From: Callorhinchus milii
Lineage: Eukaryota
DNA: 60,000 nucleotides
Assembly (NCBI RefSeq): GCF_018977255.1
Contig: NW_024704742.1
Span: 3,164,001-3,224,000, forward strand
Direction: 5' to 3'
Shown: in pieces, positions 12,859 to 24,606 of the stretch
Position numbering within the stretch: position 1 is the stretch's first letter
Layout of the letters: the number at the start of each line of letters is the position of its first letter
The notes under the pieces: model-generated
Databases searched by the model: none
Seen by the model: only the letters and a program-made list of their open reading frames with translations
Told to the model about the DNA's origin: nothing
Program-made: the position numbers and the translations under genes

Positions 12859-13189
12859 AGTCCTGTAGCTCAGTGGTTAGAGCACTCGCTTTGCAAGCGA
12901 GAGACCTGAGTTCAACTCCAGGCAGAGGGCGAAACCTTGGGCAAGTTTCCTTACTCCACACAGAGCCTAATAATAATCCCTCCAAAACCAAAAACAATAA
13001 TAAATTGGTCATCTTCAATCTACGACTGTTTGTGCGACATTGCTGTGCGCAATTGGCTGCCCCGTTCGCCCACAAATATACAGTCAATTCACTTTACAGT
13101 GTGTTCTGTGAAGCGCTTTGGGACGTCCTCCCGACGTGAAAAGCGCTATATCAAATGCAAGGATTATTATTATTATTATTATTATTATT
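12859..13189 (+). mobile_element. Young full-length tRNA-Ala(TGC)-derived SINE, subfamily A
   Basis: A box TAGCTCAGTGG, anticodon arm CTCGCTT-TGC-AAGCGAG, B box GAGTTCAACTCC, L2-like tail and (TTA)n end; near-identical to 49291-49616. Confidence 0.92.
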
Positions 13190-13190
13190 A

Positions 13191-14130
13191 GGGGACCTGG
13201 GTTGCAATGAGGGAAGGTATTAAGTGAAGTGTCTCAGAGGATCTGGACTGGGATCCCTCCTGTTCCTCAAATATATATTAATGATCTGGATTCACCGACC
13301 CATTTGCAGATGACACCAAGTTGGGAGGAACCATGGAATCAGAGGAGGCAGTAAAGAGAGTGCTACAAAGAGAGCTTGCTAGCATACACATGTGGGCTGA
13401 TATCTGCCGAATGAAGTCTAATTCAGATTAATGCAAGGCGCAAGATGTAGGAGCCAAGAATAGGAAACACGAGTGCTCCACGAATGGGAAAGAACTTGCT
13501 AAAGGGGAAGCTGAAAGAGATCTAGGGGTACTAGTTGACTCGTCGCGCACGCTGTCAACACAGTGTGAGGCAGTAATGAACAAGGAAAACATGATGTTGG
13601 GGTTTATTGCTAAATCAGTTGTGTTCAGATGTCATACTCAAGCTGAACAGCGCTCTGGTCAGGCTCAACCTTGAGTACTATATACAGTTCGGGTCTCCTG
13701 ATAAGACATAAGGGGTTTGCTCAGACTGTAGACATAGTGCAGAGGAGAGCAACAAAAATAATACCTAGCAATACAGGAATGAACTATGAATAATCATCAA
13801 ACGCACGAGGGCTATTCACTCTTCCAAGGAAATGTCTCATCGGGGACCTCACAGAGGTATATAAAATTTTAAATGAGATTCACAAAGTAAAGCCAAAGCA
13901 ATACTTTCAGATGCATAAAGGCAGCAGAACAAGGTGACACCGGTTTGAAGTTGTAAAAGACAAATGCAGTAGAGATAGATACCAGTATTTCTTTATCCAA
14001 AGGCCAAGTAACAAGTGTTTGGAAGGGCAGTTGAGACCAGGACACTGGACTCATTTTAAAAAGAAAGCTCAACCCAGTGATGGGAGGTCAAACTGTCCGA
14101 AATATCTTCTTCATCCGAACCAATTTGACC
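13191..14130 (+). mobile_element. CR1 LINE ORF2 (RT and C-terminus) relic, frameshifted
   Basis: Translatable motifs GSGLGSLLFL, INDLD, FADDTKLGG, ERDLGVLVD, LVRLNLEY, VQRRATKII, GDLTEVYKIL in the expected order. Confidence 0.9.
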
Positions 14131-14234
14131 TTTGGATGATGGTGCACATTGTAAATGTTGCTACACTTTCTACCATGAAGGTTTTATTTTCTTATAATCA
14201 CATTTAAAATTTAAACCGGATACTGCATCCAACA

Positions 14235-14580
14235 ATAATAATTATCCTTGCGTTTGACACAGCGCCTTATCACGTGGTCGAAACATCTCAGAGTGCTTCA
14301 CAGGATTTTTGTTGTAACGTGTAGTAACTGTATGTTTGTGAGCGAACGCAACAGTCAATTTGAACAATTTCCCACAAAAACCCATGAAGTCAACGACAAA
14401 TTTAATCTTGGAGGTTTGCGGGTCAGGACATAGTTTCAAGTAACGCAATGGGATCTTTAACGTCCTCCTGAACAGGCAGACAGGACATCAATTTAACATC
14501 CTATCTTAAGGGTGGCACCTCCAGCAATATACCACACCCCCAACACCGGATTGGAGTGTCAGCCTACGACACGAACATAT
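14235..14580 (-). mobile_element. Deu-domain SINE, degenerate
   Basis: ATAATTATCCTTGC tail; GGGATCTTTAACGTCCTCCTGAACAGGCAGAC and GGCACCTCCAGCAATA are the reverse complement of the Deu core. Confidence 0.7.
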
Positions 14581-16544
14581 CATATCTAAGCCTTAAGCGG
14601 TCCAAATCGGACCACATTTCCAAGTAAACCAAAAATCCCCAATTATCAATGGGCAAGTCCCACTCTCGTCTTTAGAACAAGCAGCAAAAGTAGCTCTGTT
14701 TCCTATCAGTTCTATCGTTTGCTGAAATCCGGGTAACAGTGTCCCGATTGCAGACACCGTAGCCCAGAAGAATTCTTCGTCAAATTAAAATGCAGTACAA
14801 TCAAACAGCAACCTGTTTCCGCCAGTCAGTGGTGATATTTGTTCCCTTACCCTACGATTCAGCAAAATACACTTGATTACAGAGCCACAGATGGCACGCT
14901 TGCCAATTATCAGTTTCCCATATTAATTTTGATGCATAGTCCTGATCACAGGAGGGAAGATGGTTGCTGTTTGGATCAACAACAACGTACATTCATATTG
15001 TGCTTTTCATTGCAAAAGATACATCCCGAAGCACTTTGCCAAGTGAGATTAATTAGAAATGAAACAAATCTTGTTATGAAAGCAAACTCGGTAGCTAATT
15101 TGCACCAGTGATGTCCCACAAACAATGAAGAGATAAGTAGCCAATTCATTTGGATTTGGACGGGGCTTAAATTTGAACAGGGTCAACACTGGAGAAGCAT
15201 CTCAACATTTCTTTGAGGTAGTAGCAGCGTCTGAACCACAAGGCAGATAGAATCGAAACAGAACCCAAAGGACTGCGGAAGTATAAAAGATGGCCACTTG
15301 GCCCATCGTATCTGGGCTGGCTCTTGGAAAGAGCAAACTTAATGATGAAGTCACAAAAAGGGATGTTGATCTGCAAATGGACAATCAACCTGGATGTAAT
15401 ACAGAATGTCCTTGTGCATTCGTGCTGTCACCGATGACATCTTGCAGGCAAATGAGTCTCCCAGGGCTGCGATCCTGAAATGAAGGCTTCACCATTTTCT
15501 GCAACATGGCAGAAATAAGTAGGTAGAGATGCATTGTGTGCTGCCAGATACTGTGGCTGGGTACGGTGCGGTTTTGATCGCATGGGATATCAGGTTCTTA
15601 TCTATCGCTGAGCTCATGCCGCTTTTAATGGCACTAATAAAATCTTCTGCGAAGTCTCTGACTGGCTAGTGGTTTGCAATTTACATTAGGGGCATCGAAC
15701 GTTCTAACATGTCGGCAATTCCCAACAGTCAGAGGAGAAACCTCAAAAAGTAGCTTCAATAATCATTAGCAAAACGTGTATCAACGGGAGCCGTAGCCTC
15801 TACTCTGTACTAAATAATAATAATAATTAATAATAATAATCCTTGCATTTTCTACAGCACCTTATCACATCTTCGAAATAGCTCAAAGAGCTTCACAGAC
15901 TATACTGTAAAGCGAATCGACTGTTTATTTTGTGGCAGCCACTTGCGGACAACAGTGTCTAGAGCTTTTAATGTTTTTATTTGATTTCACATAAAGGAGG
16001 CTGAGCTGACCACCGCTTACAGCTGTCAGCCTCTGCACGCTCTCCTCCATAGCCCTATTATAATAAATGTTGAAACTGTTCAGAGTTATGGCAAACCTCT
16101 TAAGAATACATTGAACTATGTAGGAATCTGTTTTAAAGAGGCCCAGTCTATCGCAGAACGCAGGTTTTCCATTACTTATTCTGCAAAATATTTAACTTCT
16201 CCGGCCTGCGAAAAGCTGTTTGGCAACCGATAACATTAGTCATGTGAAAAACGTGCCTCCTCAGCTGTGATGGTGCGCTGCACCTCCGCTGGATGCCTCG
16301 GTGTTATCTTTTCCCATTAAGCTCTACTTTGCAAGTGCAGGTAACTGGAAAAGTGCCACCTGTTCCGGGCATTCTCAGCTTTTTTCCAAGCCACCGATTA
16401 CCAGGTTTGCAAGTGGTGGGGGTGGGGGAGTTCACGATAAAACGAATGCGGTGGGAACCGCACTCCAGAGCAAATAAAATACACTGTGAAATGAATCACG
16501 TGAAGTGAATGGACTGGATATGTTGTGGACAAAACGTAGCGGCC

Positions 16545-16780
16545 AATTCTTCGCAAACATTCGCGGGTTTGGTGACCGAATCTTTTTTAAAAAGGGGTTT
16601 AATAACCCCCGGAAAAGCGACCCGCCAGTCGACCAACAACCGGGTTCCTACTTGCTGTTCGCTTAACAGAGGGCGTGTGGAGTACGGAAACTCGCCACTG
16701 TTACGCCCTGCCGGGAATCAAACCCCGGGTCCTCTCGCTTACGGGGCGAGTTGCTCTTACCAATAACACTACGGAAACTC
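16545..16780 (-). mobile_element. tRNA-derived SINE subfamily B, 5' part
   Basis: Reverse complement of the head (GGGAATCAAACCCCGGGTCCTCTCGC) plus the subfamily-B middle (CCGGGTTCCTACTTGCTG...AACAGAGG). Confidence 0.75.
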
Positions 16781-17913
16781 CACAATATCGCTCTGCTTGC
16801 GGGGTTTCACACTGGTCCGACTCCCGATCGACTCCTTTGATCCCTACAGGACTCCTGCGTCTGGAGGACACCAGCGGGAGGGTTCGAGTCACAACTCCGT
16901 GCTGGTGCTGTGCATCTGTAATAATTGCGGCTCAGAAGTCTGGAGTCTGCAGCCTTGTCAGCACACCACCCCTCAAGTTGATACCCAGCATGGGGTAGCT
17001 GCTGTTACTGCACATACCAGTGCACACATTCTGTTGCAGGCGGAGAGCTCCCTTTTAACATTCTCTAACCAGCACCTTCCTTTTCTTACCAGCCTCATTC
17101 GTTCATCCCTTCCATCCCCCACCCCCCCCCAACCCCCCACCCCATCCGTCCCGCATTGAGGTTTGAAGAAACACGTTTCTCTTTGGTTGCTTCAGCGAGG
17201 ATCAGGGTTGTCAGAAACAAACAGGTCCTGATTTAACCCCGGCCACCGGGCTAATCAAACCCTGTCCATCGGCACAAGGCATCACACAGGCGTGTTGCCT
17301 CTTTGTGTAGGGTTTCAGTCTAACAATGACTGCGTTTACTCCGATTCTTCGTTTGCAGACTGTTTTAAAAGCGGACCCAGCCCTATGTGCAGTGATGTCT
17401 CATGGCACTCCTTAGTAAGGAGACTGATAGATGTTTACGCTTTGGCTCCCAAGCCATCGACTTTTGGAGCACAGTTTTCCCGTCCCCCCCCGGATCAGCG
17501 AGACCTAGTGCACTTCCAGTTCCTCACACTGGGGAGTCATTTGTATTATTCATTGATTGATCTGTAAAACACTGGTGCTAGAGTAACGTCGAGCTCCCAG
17601 ATATGTCCCCAGCCAACCCTCCCGACCTCCGCACGGCCAGCCAGATCCACCAATCTCCTCCTCCTGCGGTCACAATCTGAATTCCAGGGATTCAATGCCG
17701 AGGTTGTCAATGAATGTGCGAGGCAGAGAGCAGAGAGAGAGGGAGAGAGACACGCAAAAGTGGACCACAAGCCATTCGGTTACCGTAGCTCTATATCGGC
17801 ACTCAAGCAGAATTTCAGATGGTCGGCTTGAGTCACGTTTGGGCAAGAGACAAGTCTGGATATGGTGCAAAACACATTTGGGTGCAATGCTCTGCCCTTT
17901 AGCTGTACCGTTC

Positions 17914-18110
17914 ATAAGAACATAAGAACATAAGAATTAGCAGCAGGAGTAGGCCATTCGGCCCCTCGAGCCTGTGCCCCGCCATTCGATAAGATCACGG
18001 CTGATCTTCTGACCTGACTCTAATTACCTGCCCTCTCCCCATATCCCCTAATCCCTCTGTTTTTTTAAAAAATCTATCAGTCTCAGCCTTGAAAATGTTC
18101 AATACATCTA
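17914..18110 (-). mobile_element. CR1 LINE 3' end
   Basis: (ATAAGAAC)n terminal repeat followed by GCAGGAGTAGGCCATTCGGCCCCTCGAGCCTG, a typical CR1 3' UTR on the minus strand. Confidence 0.8.
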
Positions 18111-19134
18111 CCGCCGAAGTACCTGTCTCTACTATTGGGACTCGATAGGGAGAGAACGGCAGGCGCAGCCCTTCTACACGTCTCTCACTTCACCACCAGT
18201 GGCTGTGCTGTCAGCTACTGAGCCCCAACTGTCTAGAATTCCCGCCCTGAACACACCCCACCCCACCGCCCCACCCCACCCCTCCCCCCCCCCACCCCTC
18301 CCTCCCACCCCTGCCCCCCCGACCCCATCCCTTACCCTCTCTTTGCCCGTCTTCATCTCGGGCCCGAAGACTTTGACCTCTTTGACCGTGCCTAGGGCCA
18401 CCCCCCCCAGCCCCCCTTTCCTCTCCCTGGCTCGTCGTCCAACTCCGCCGCCGTGTTAAGCGCTCCAAGACAACCGGGCACGCGAAAGGCGCAGTGTAAA
18501 GCCGAGCCGTCGTTGTAGCAATAACAATAACACTAATACTAATAACAATCATAACAATAACAACAATAATAATCCTTGCGTTCCATGCAACGCCTCATCA
18601 CGTCGTCGAGACGTCATCCAAACTTTTCGCGGGTCATACGGTAAAGCGGGTCGCGGAACGCGACAGCCGGTAGCGCTCAGCAGTCACCCCCCCCCCACAC
18701 TTCCCCCGCCCCCACCCCGCGCCCCCCGCAAAAAAAGCCGCGGGAGGGAGAGGGCGACGGCACCGTTTCCTCGCTCGGAGGATTGTCGGGGACATTTTAT
18801 TCTAAAAAAAAAGACAAAAGAGTGAGAAAAATCACACCGCTGCCTGGTGTCCGGGGTCAAAGCCGGGCGCGCTGTGACGCACGTTGATGGGGAGGTAGTG
18901 CGGGGGGTAGGTGGGGGGTGTGGGGGTCGTTGGGGATGGTTGGGGGCTCTTTGGGCAGAGCGGTTTAGTGGGGGGGGGACCAGAAAAAACCTCCCTACAG
19001 GTATTTGTTTAAAAAACAACTCATCGGCTCCAGCTCCTGTTGGATTCCGTCCCAGGTTTTCATTCTCTACCAGTGGGACCAAGGCAGGAAAATCCTCAGC
19101 ATCATTGGATGGTTAAGTGTGTCTAAGACCAGAG

Positions 19135-19318
19135 CTCTCTCTCTCTCTCTCTCCCTCTTGTGCTTTCTCTCTTTCTCTCTCTCATTCTCTTCCCTCTAAG
19201 TGTTTGCACCTCTCTTTCTCTTTATCTCTCTCTCTCTCTCTCATTCACAGTCACACACACACACACACACACAGAGAGACACACACACACACAGAGAGAG
19301 ACACACACACACACACAT
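19135..19318. repeat. Compound (CT)n-(CA)n microsatellite
   Basis: Directly visible. Confidence 0.95.
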
Positions 19319-19534
19319 CTGGAGTGAAGAAGATCAGAGTTGCAGTAAAAGCTGTTAGAATAAGATGCTCTGAATCAAACACCTCCTCCACCACCCCCTC
19401 CCCATCATCATCATCATCATCATCTCCTTGTGGAGGAAGAGTTGGTTGGCAGCTCAGATCATGGACCTTTGCAACAGATCTCCACACACTTGACACCCCT
19501 CTCCTGCCATCCAGAGCATTGAGAAGCAGCAGCA

Positions 19535-19655
19535 GAAGAAGAAGAAGAAGAAGAAGAAGAAGAAGAAGAAGAAGAAGAAGAAGAAGAAGAAGAAGAAGAA
19601 GAAGGAGGAGGAGGAAGAAAAGAAAAGAAAAAGAAAAAGAAAAAGAAAAGAAAAA
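19535..19655. repeat. (GAA)~23 followed by (GGA)n and (GAAAA)n; ~120-nt pure purine tract
   Basis: Directly visible; produces the poly-R/L/S/F pseudo-ORFs. Confidence 0.97.
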
Positions 19656-19710
19656 AGGACAGAAAGCAAACTTTTTTTTCTTGGGAGAGAAGGGGAGGAA
19701 AGGGAGGGGA

Positions 19711-19744
<34 letters not shown>

Positions 19745-20251
19745 GGGGGTGGGTGGGGAGGGTGGGGGTAGAGGACAATCCCTCTTATTTTTAAGTCCTC
19801 TTTGCATTTGGATGAAGGGGAAGAAAACAACCAGAGTTTAAAGGGCTGTGGCATTCGCTCATCCTAAAGAGGCTTTGCGTCCATCCATCCATCCATCGCG
19901 AAAGGAAGAACCTGGAACCAGATCCCCCTTTTGAGAAGCTTTTTCTCCACCTCCAAACCCCCCCCCAAAAAAAAACACACAGATGTGCAGATGTGTTTAG
20001 GACTTGAACGTATGTAGTGTTTCAAGTTCCTTTTTTTTTCCCCATCGTATTGATCAGCTCTCCACACAGGGCATTTAAAGGGAGAGACAAGACACAAGAG
20101 ACAAGGTTTTTCCCCTCTTTCCCCCCCCCCCCCCCTTCCCTGGCTTTTTCCTTGTCGACGAGAAGAAGAAAAAATAACCCCATCCATCACCACCACCACC
20201 ACCAAAAGAAACCACAGACACACCATCAGCACCAACACCAACAAGAACACC

Positions 20252-20342
20252 ATGGGGCAAAGTGGAGTAAGACTGGGACGCCTCCTACCAATGTTGCTGC
20301 TGTCCATCCTGACTGCCATCGGGGGACTGAGAGGGAATAAAG
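20252..20342 (+). CDS. UNC5A: First coding exon (signal peptide) of a type I membrane/secreted protein, probably netrin receptor UNC5A; MGQSGVRLGRLLPMLLLSILTAIGGLRGNK + 1 nt (phase 1)
   Basis: ACACCATGG Kozak; in-frame upstream TGA at 20051; basic n-region then hydrophobic LLPMLLLSILTAIGG; donor AAAG|GTAAGA at 20342/20343. The peptide aligns by eye with recalled mammalian UNC5A exon 1 (MAVRPGLWPALLGIVL[A/T]AWLRGS|G, also phase 1). The exon call is firmer than the gene symbol. Confidence 0.65.
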
Positions 20343-20361
20343 GTAAGAGAAGGAGATAACT

Positions 20362-20923
20362 CAGAGAGAGAGAGAGAGATTGAGTGAGAGAGAGAGATTG
20401 AGTGAGATGTTGAGTGAGAGAGAGAGAGAGATTGAGTGAGAGAGAGAGATTGAGTGAGAGAGAGAGAGAGAGATTGAGTGAGAGAGAGAGATTGAGTGAG
20501 AGAGAGATATTGGAGTGGGTATGGAGTGAGAAAGAGATATTGAGTGAGACGTTGAGTAAGGGAGAGAGATGTTGAGTGAGATATTGAGTGAGAGGGAGAT
20601 ATTGAGTGAGATATTGAGTGAGATATTGAGTGAGATATTGAGTGAGATATTGAGTGAGATATTGAGTGAGATATTGAGTGAGATATTGAGTGGATATTGA
20701 GTGAGAAAGAGATATTGAGTGAGATATTGAGTAAGAGAGAGATATTGAGTGAGATATTGAGTGAGAGAGAGATATTGAGTGAGATATTGAGTGAGAGAGA
20801 GATTCAGTAAGAGAGAGATATTGAGTGAGAGAGAGGGAGAGATATTGAGTGCGAGAGAACTATGGAGTGAAAGAGAGATATTGAGTAAAAGAGAGAGATT
20901 GAGTGAGATAGAAAGGGGTGGGG

Positions 20924-20950
<27 letters not shown>
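20362..20950. repeat. GA-rich minisatellite with core unit GAGATATTGAGT (12 bp) and variable (GA)n spacers
   Basis: Homogeneous 12-mers at ~20596-20700, diverged variants on either side. Confidence 0.95.
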
Positions 20951-20954
<4 letters not shown>

Positions 20955-23900
20955 AGCTATCTGAGCCCAATAGGCAGACAACAAACAGCCTCTGTACTGT
21001 GCTGTGTTAAGTAGAGCTGGAATATAACTACACCACAGGTTTGTGTGTGTAGAGGAGAGAGAGAGAGAGAGAGCTTGCAGACACACAGCTCCAGTGCAAT
21101 GAGAGAGAGAGAGAGAGAGAGTGACTGAGAGAGAGTGACTGAGTGAGTGAGATTGAGAGTGACTGAGGGAGTGAGAGAGCCTTTGAGTTGGCTTTTCTCT
21201 CTCCCTCTCCAGTGTCAGGTCATTGCAAATGGGAGCAAAGGAGGGCAATGGATAGGAAGTCAGACCTCCAGCAATCATCAGTCTCTCTCTCTCTCTCTCT
21301 CTCTCAGATGGCTTTGAACTGTGCATATAAATAGATATACCTTGTATGTGTGTGTGTGTATATATATACATATGTGTGTGTGAATGTGTGGCAGAGAGAG
21401 AGAGAGTCCAGTTCACAGAGGGTGATTTGGGATGGAATCCCCATCATTGGGGGGGTGGTGGGATGGGGAAGATTGTCACTGTGTTAGGGAAGAGATATGT
21501 GTGTGTGTGTGGTTGGGTGTTAGACACACACACACACACACTGGCTTGGCTGTGTGTGGTGTGCAAGGCTTTGGTGTGGGCTGGTGGGTTGTGTTCAGTG
21601 GTGCACAGAGAGCTAAAGAGATTGGGAAACACTGACACACACTCACCCTCCACTCCCTGCATTGGGAAGGAGGAAGATCAGATGGGATGAGTTTTGCCCT
21701 CTGTTCCCTTTTTCCCAGTGGAGGGGTAGAGGGGGAAAGAGAGAGGGTGGAAGGAGGAATCCTGTCTCTCCAGATAAATCAAACCCCCTTTTAAACGAGT
21801 TTTATTCTCACTCCCCCCAAAAAAAAATTGAATTCTGATTTTTTAATCCTTAATTTTTTTTAACCCCCTCCACCCCCCCCAAAAAAAAATCATCTTGCTT
21901 ACGTTTTCCAACAACCCTGATGATAATTCTCTCTGGACATCTTGCATTCATTCATCCATTCCCCTTCTACCCCCCACGTATCATCCCTCTATCCACAACT
22001 AAACAGATTAATTAAGTAAGGCTTCCTTGCTGGATTTATTATTAATATTAATATTATTATCATTACTATTACCAGCACTGCCATCGTTATAGTGACATGC
22101 ATCATTGATGGGGGGGTGGGGGGTGGGGGGGGTGAGGCACTTGATTGGGAATAAAAAAAATCTCTCTCCACAGCCCTTCAGTATCACAAATTGACCGATC
22201 AGCAATTTGCCTGTGAATTTTGTGTTGCAAAAACAAAAAAACGGGTGCCCTCGCAAATCTTACTTTGCAATGTATCATGTGAAGCGCTGCGAGACGTCTC
22301 GAAGACGCGATAAGGCACTCTAGCAATTGCAATGATTATTACTCGTATTAATAGTATTATTATTAGTTGTATTTAATCTACAAGGTGACCAGAAAGTCGT
22401 GATACCATTACAATGTCCATTCTAATACGTCTTAGAGAAATGATGAGATTTTAGGGGTGTTTGTTTCACTGTGAGATAACAAGATATGAGATAAGATGAC
22501 TTTTTTTTGATCACCCTGGTACTTAATCTTAAAGCAAATAGCATTTCCAGCTTCATTGATAAGAGCATTTTCCCCTGTGTGTTTGTCTTACATTGAACGA
22601 ATTGATATGTGGTTGCATTTTTATGCATGATATATATATACATATATACAATAATAATAAAAAAAACACACACACACAATGGGAAATACATTATTCCAAA
22701 GGATTTTTATCATCAGTCGTATAGAACACCGAACCGTCTTCGTGGCTCAAAGGATGAATGAAGTGGTGGAGGGTTGGAGAGGCGAAGGGTTAAGTTGCAC
22801 AAGGTGAGGTGGGAGGGGGAGAAGAATGGGAGTCAGAGCGAATGGAGCCAAAAAGTAATGAGTATTTAATTGCAATGTGTCAGTACTTTGTTGTCGCTTT
22901 ACCCTTCTCCTCCCCATCGTTTTTTGGTCAAATTAATTGTCAAACCCCCATGTAAGGGATGTAGAGGAATCCAGGATTGTTGGATGGATGGATGGATGGA
23001 TGGAAAGAGAGAGAGAGAGAGATGTCTGTCTATTCATTCATTTCATTCATTCATTTCATTCATTACAAGTAGAAGGGCTTTTTTTTTGGAGGGTGGGGGG
23101 GGGGCTGCCTGTGGGAAGCTCTCAAACCTCTTTTTTTGTGTTGAAAACATGTAGAAATGGGTCTGTGAGGTTTAGGCGAGTGGCGCCGATGGTGATAGTA
23201 ATTATATTGGATGTCAGTTTTGTTACCTGATCTTGGCTCCGGGATGGGTGGGAGTGGGGGGGGGGAGGTGAATGCCTGCAGTAACGAGGGAGGGAGGGAA
23301 GGAGAGAGAGAGAGAGAGAGAGAAAGAGCCTAATCTGTTTTTTTTTGGATGGGGTGAGGGTTTAAGAGCCAGTGATCAGCTGCAAGGAAGTGGGAGATGC
23401 AGAGACAGCCACTTAACCAGTGAATGTGGAGCCCAGTATCTCACCAGCATTGCCGTGTGCTCTAAAGGAGTCAGATTAGTGCAGGAAGGAACACACAAAC
23501 TATAGAGACCACCTCACACATTGCAGACACAAGCCCTGGTATTAACTCTCTCTCTCTCTCTCCCCACCCCCAGACACACACACACACTAGTTTGGCTGCT
23601 CAAGAGGTCAACCAAGGTGAGAATTGCAACCTACCCCCCACCACCCACCAAAATCAAATCCGATACTTCAAAGGTTTTCGCATTTAAAAGGGTTTTCGGA
23701 TCCCGTCGGAAGGAAACTTTGTGTTTCTTTGCTCTGCAGGAATAATTCGAGTCTCCTAACGTTAGACCTCCGGTGATATCGGAAGACCGCATTGTATCCA
23801 GAAGGCGTGAAAAGCGCTATATCAAATGCAAGGATTATTATTATAATTATCATTTCCCTCTGCTCCCAAAACCCCTATCGATCCTAATGTTGCATTCAAT

Positions 23901-24459
23901 CTTTTTTTTCGGGCGGCTAAGCTTAACCCTCTCTTTAATGTCCAGCGTTATATTTGTGGCGATTTCCCACAAATTCATTAAAAAGTTGTAAACTCGTTCA
24001 AAACATGGCACAGAGCAAATTCATTGATTACAACGTTATTTTATGCATCAATATTTTTAACAAAGCAAATCCCCCCCCACCCCCCAAAAAAAATGTTTGG
24101 AAGCAATAGAAAAAGAGAAAGCGCTCCCTTTACAACTGCCACGATATGATTGATCTACTGTATATCTCTTCTAGTTGGTAGGAATTTTCATTGACTTTTA
24201 CATAAATGAGTGAAAGAGTAATAAAACGAGTGTTGAACACATAACTTTAAGGTGTTCTGAACCCCAGTACCAATAAGGCACCTTTCCTTTCGCTGTTCTG
24301 TATATGATCCATTGCCATTTCCCATCCACTATCTTCCCCCACTAACTTTATGTGAAATCCATTATTTTTGTAGAGTTTATATCTTTCTTATCTGGAGGAG
24401 GAGGAGGAGGAAGAGAAAGTATATATTGGCCCAGAAAATGCTTCAAAATAGTGAGCGAG

Positions 24460-24606
24460 CAACCCTTTAATATCTCCCAACCCTTTAATATCTCCCAACC
24501 CTTTAATATCTCCCAACCCCTTAATATCTCCCAACCCCTTAATGTCTCCCAACCCCTTAATGTCTCCCAACCCTTTAATGTCCCCCAACCCTTTAATATG
24601 TCCCAA
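24460..24606. repeat. 18-bp minisatellite (CAACCCYTTAATRTCTCC) x8
   Basis: Eight tandem units without spacers. Confidence 0.97.

Larger units (their letters stand above)
18430..20251 (+). promoter_or_regulatory. Putative promoter and long 5' leader of the UNC5A-like gene
   Basis: CpG- and G/C-run-rich block at ~18430-18980, then (CT)n/(CA)n at 19135-19318, (GAA)n, (GT)n and (CAC)n leading to the ATG. No interspersed repeats recognised from ~18.7 to ~22.2 kb. TSS cannot be located from sequence alone. Confidence 0.5.

Noticed and set aside
12859..12930. tRNA-Ala(TGC) gene (also at 27591, 46186, 49291)
   Set aside because: No proper acceptor stem or oligo-T terminator; continues into a SINE body and tail.
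12873..13191. Recurrent ORFs ending ...[14 protein letters not shown] (also 23773, 37646, 49371)
   Set aside because: Translations of SINE copies, not a gene family.
13191..14130. Intact or domesticated reverse transcriptase gene
   Set aside because: Multiple stops and frameshifts; an ordinary 5'-truncated CR1 relic.
19117..19854. Overlapping poly-R/L/S/F ORFs of 117-225 aa
   Set aside because: Artefacts of (GAA)n, (CA)n and (CT)n microsatellites.
20361..21416. 351-aa minus-strand ORF (longest in window)
   Set aside because: Translation of the GA/12-mer minisatellite (SLNI/SLSH repeats); no domain content.
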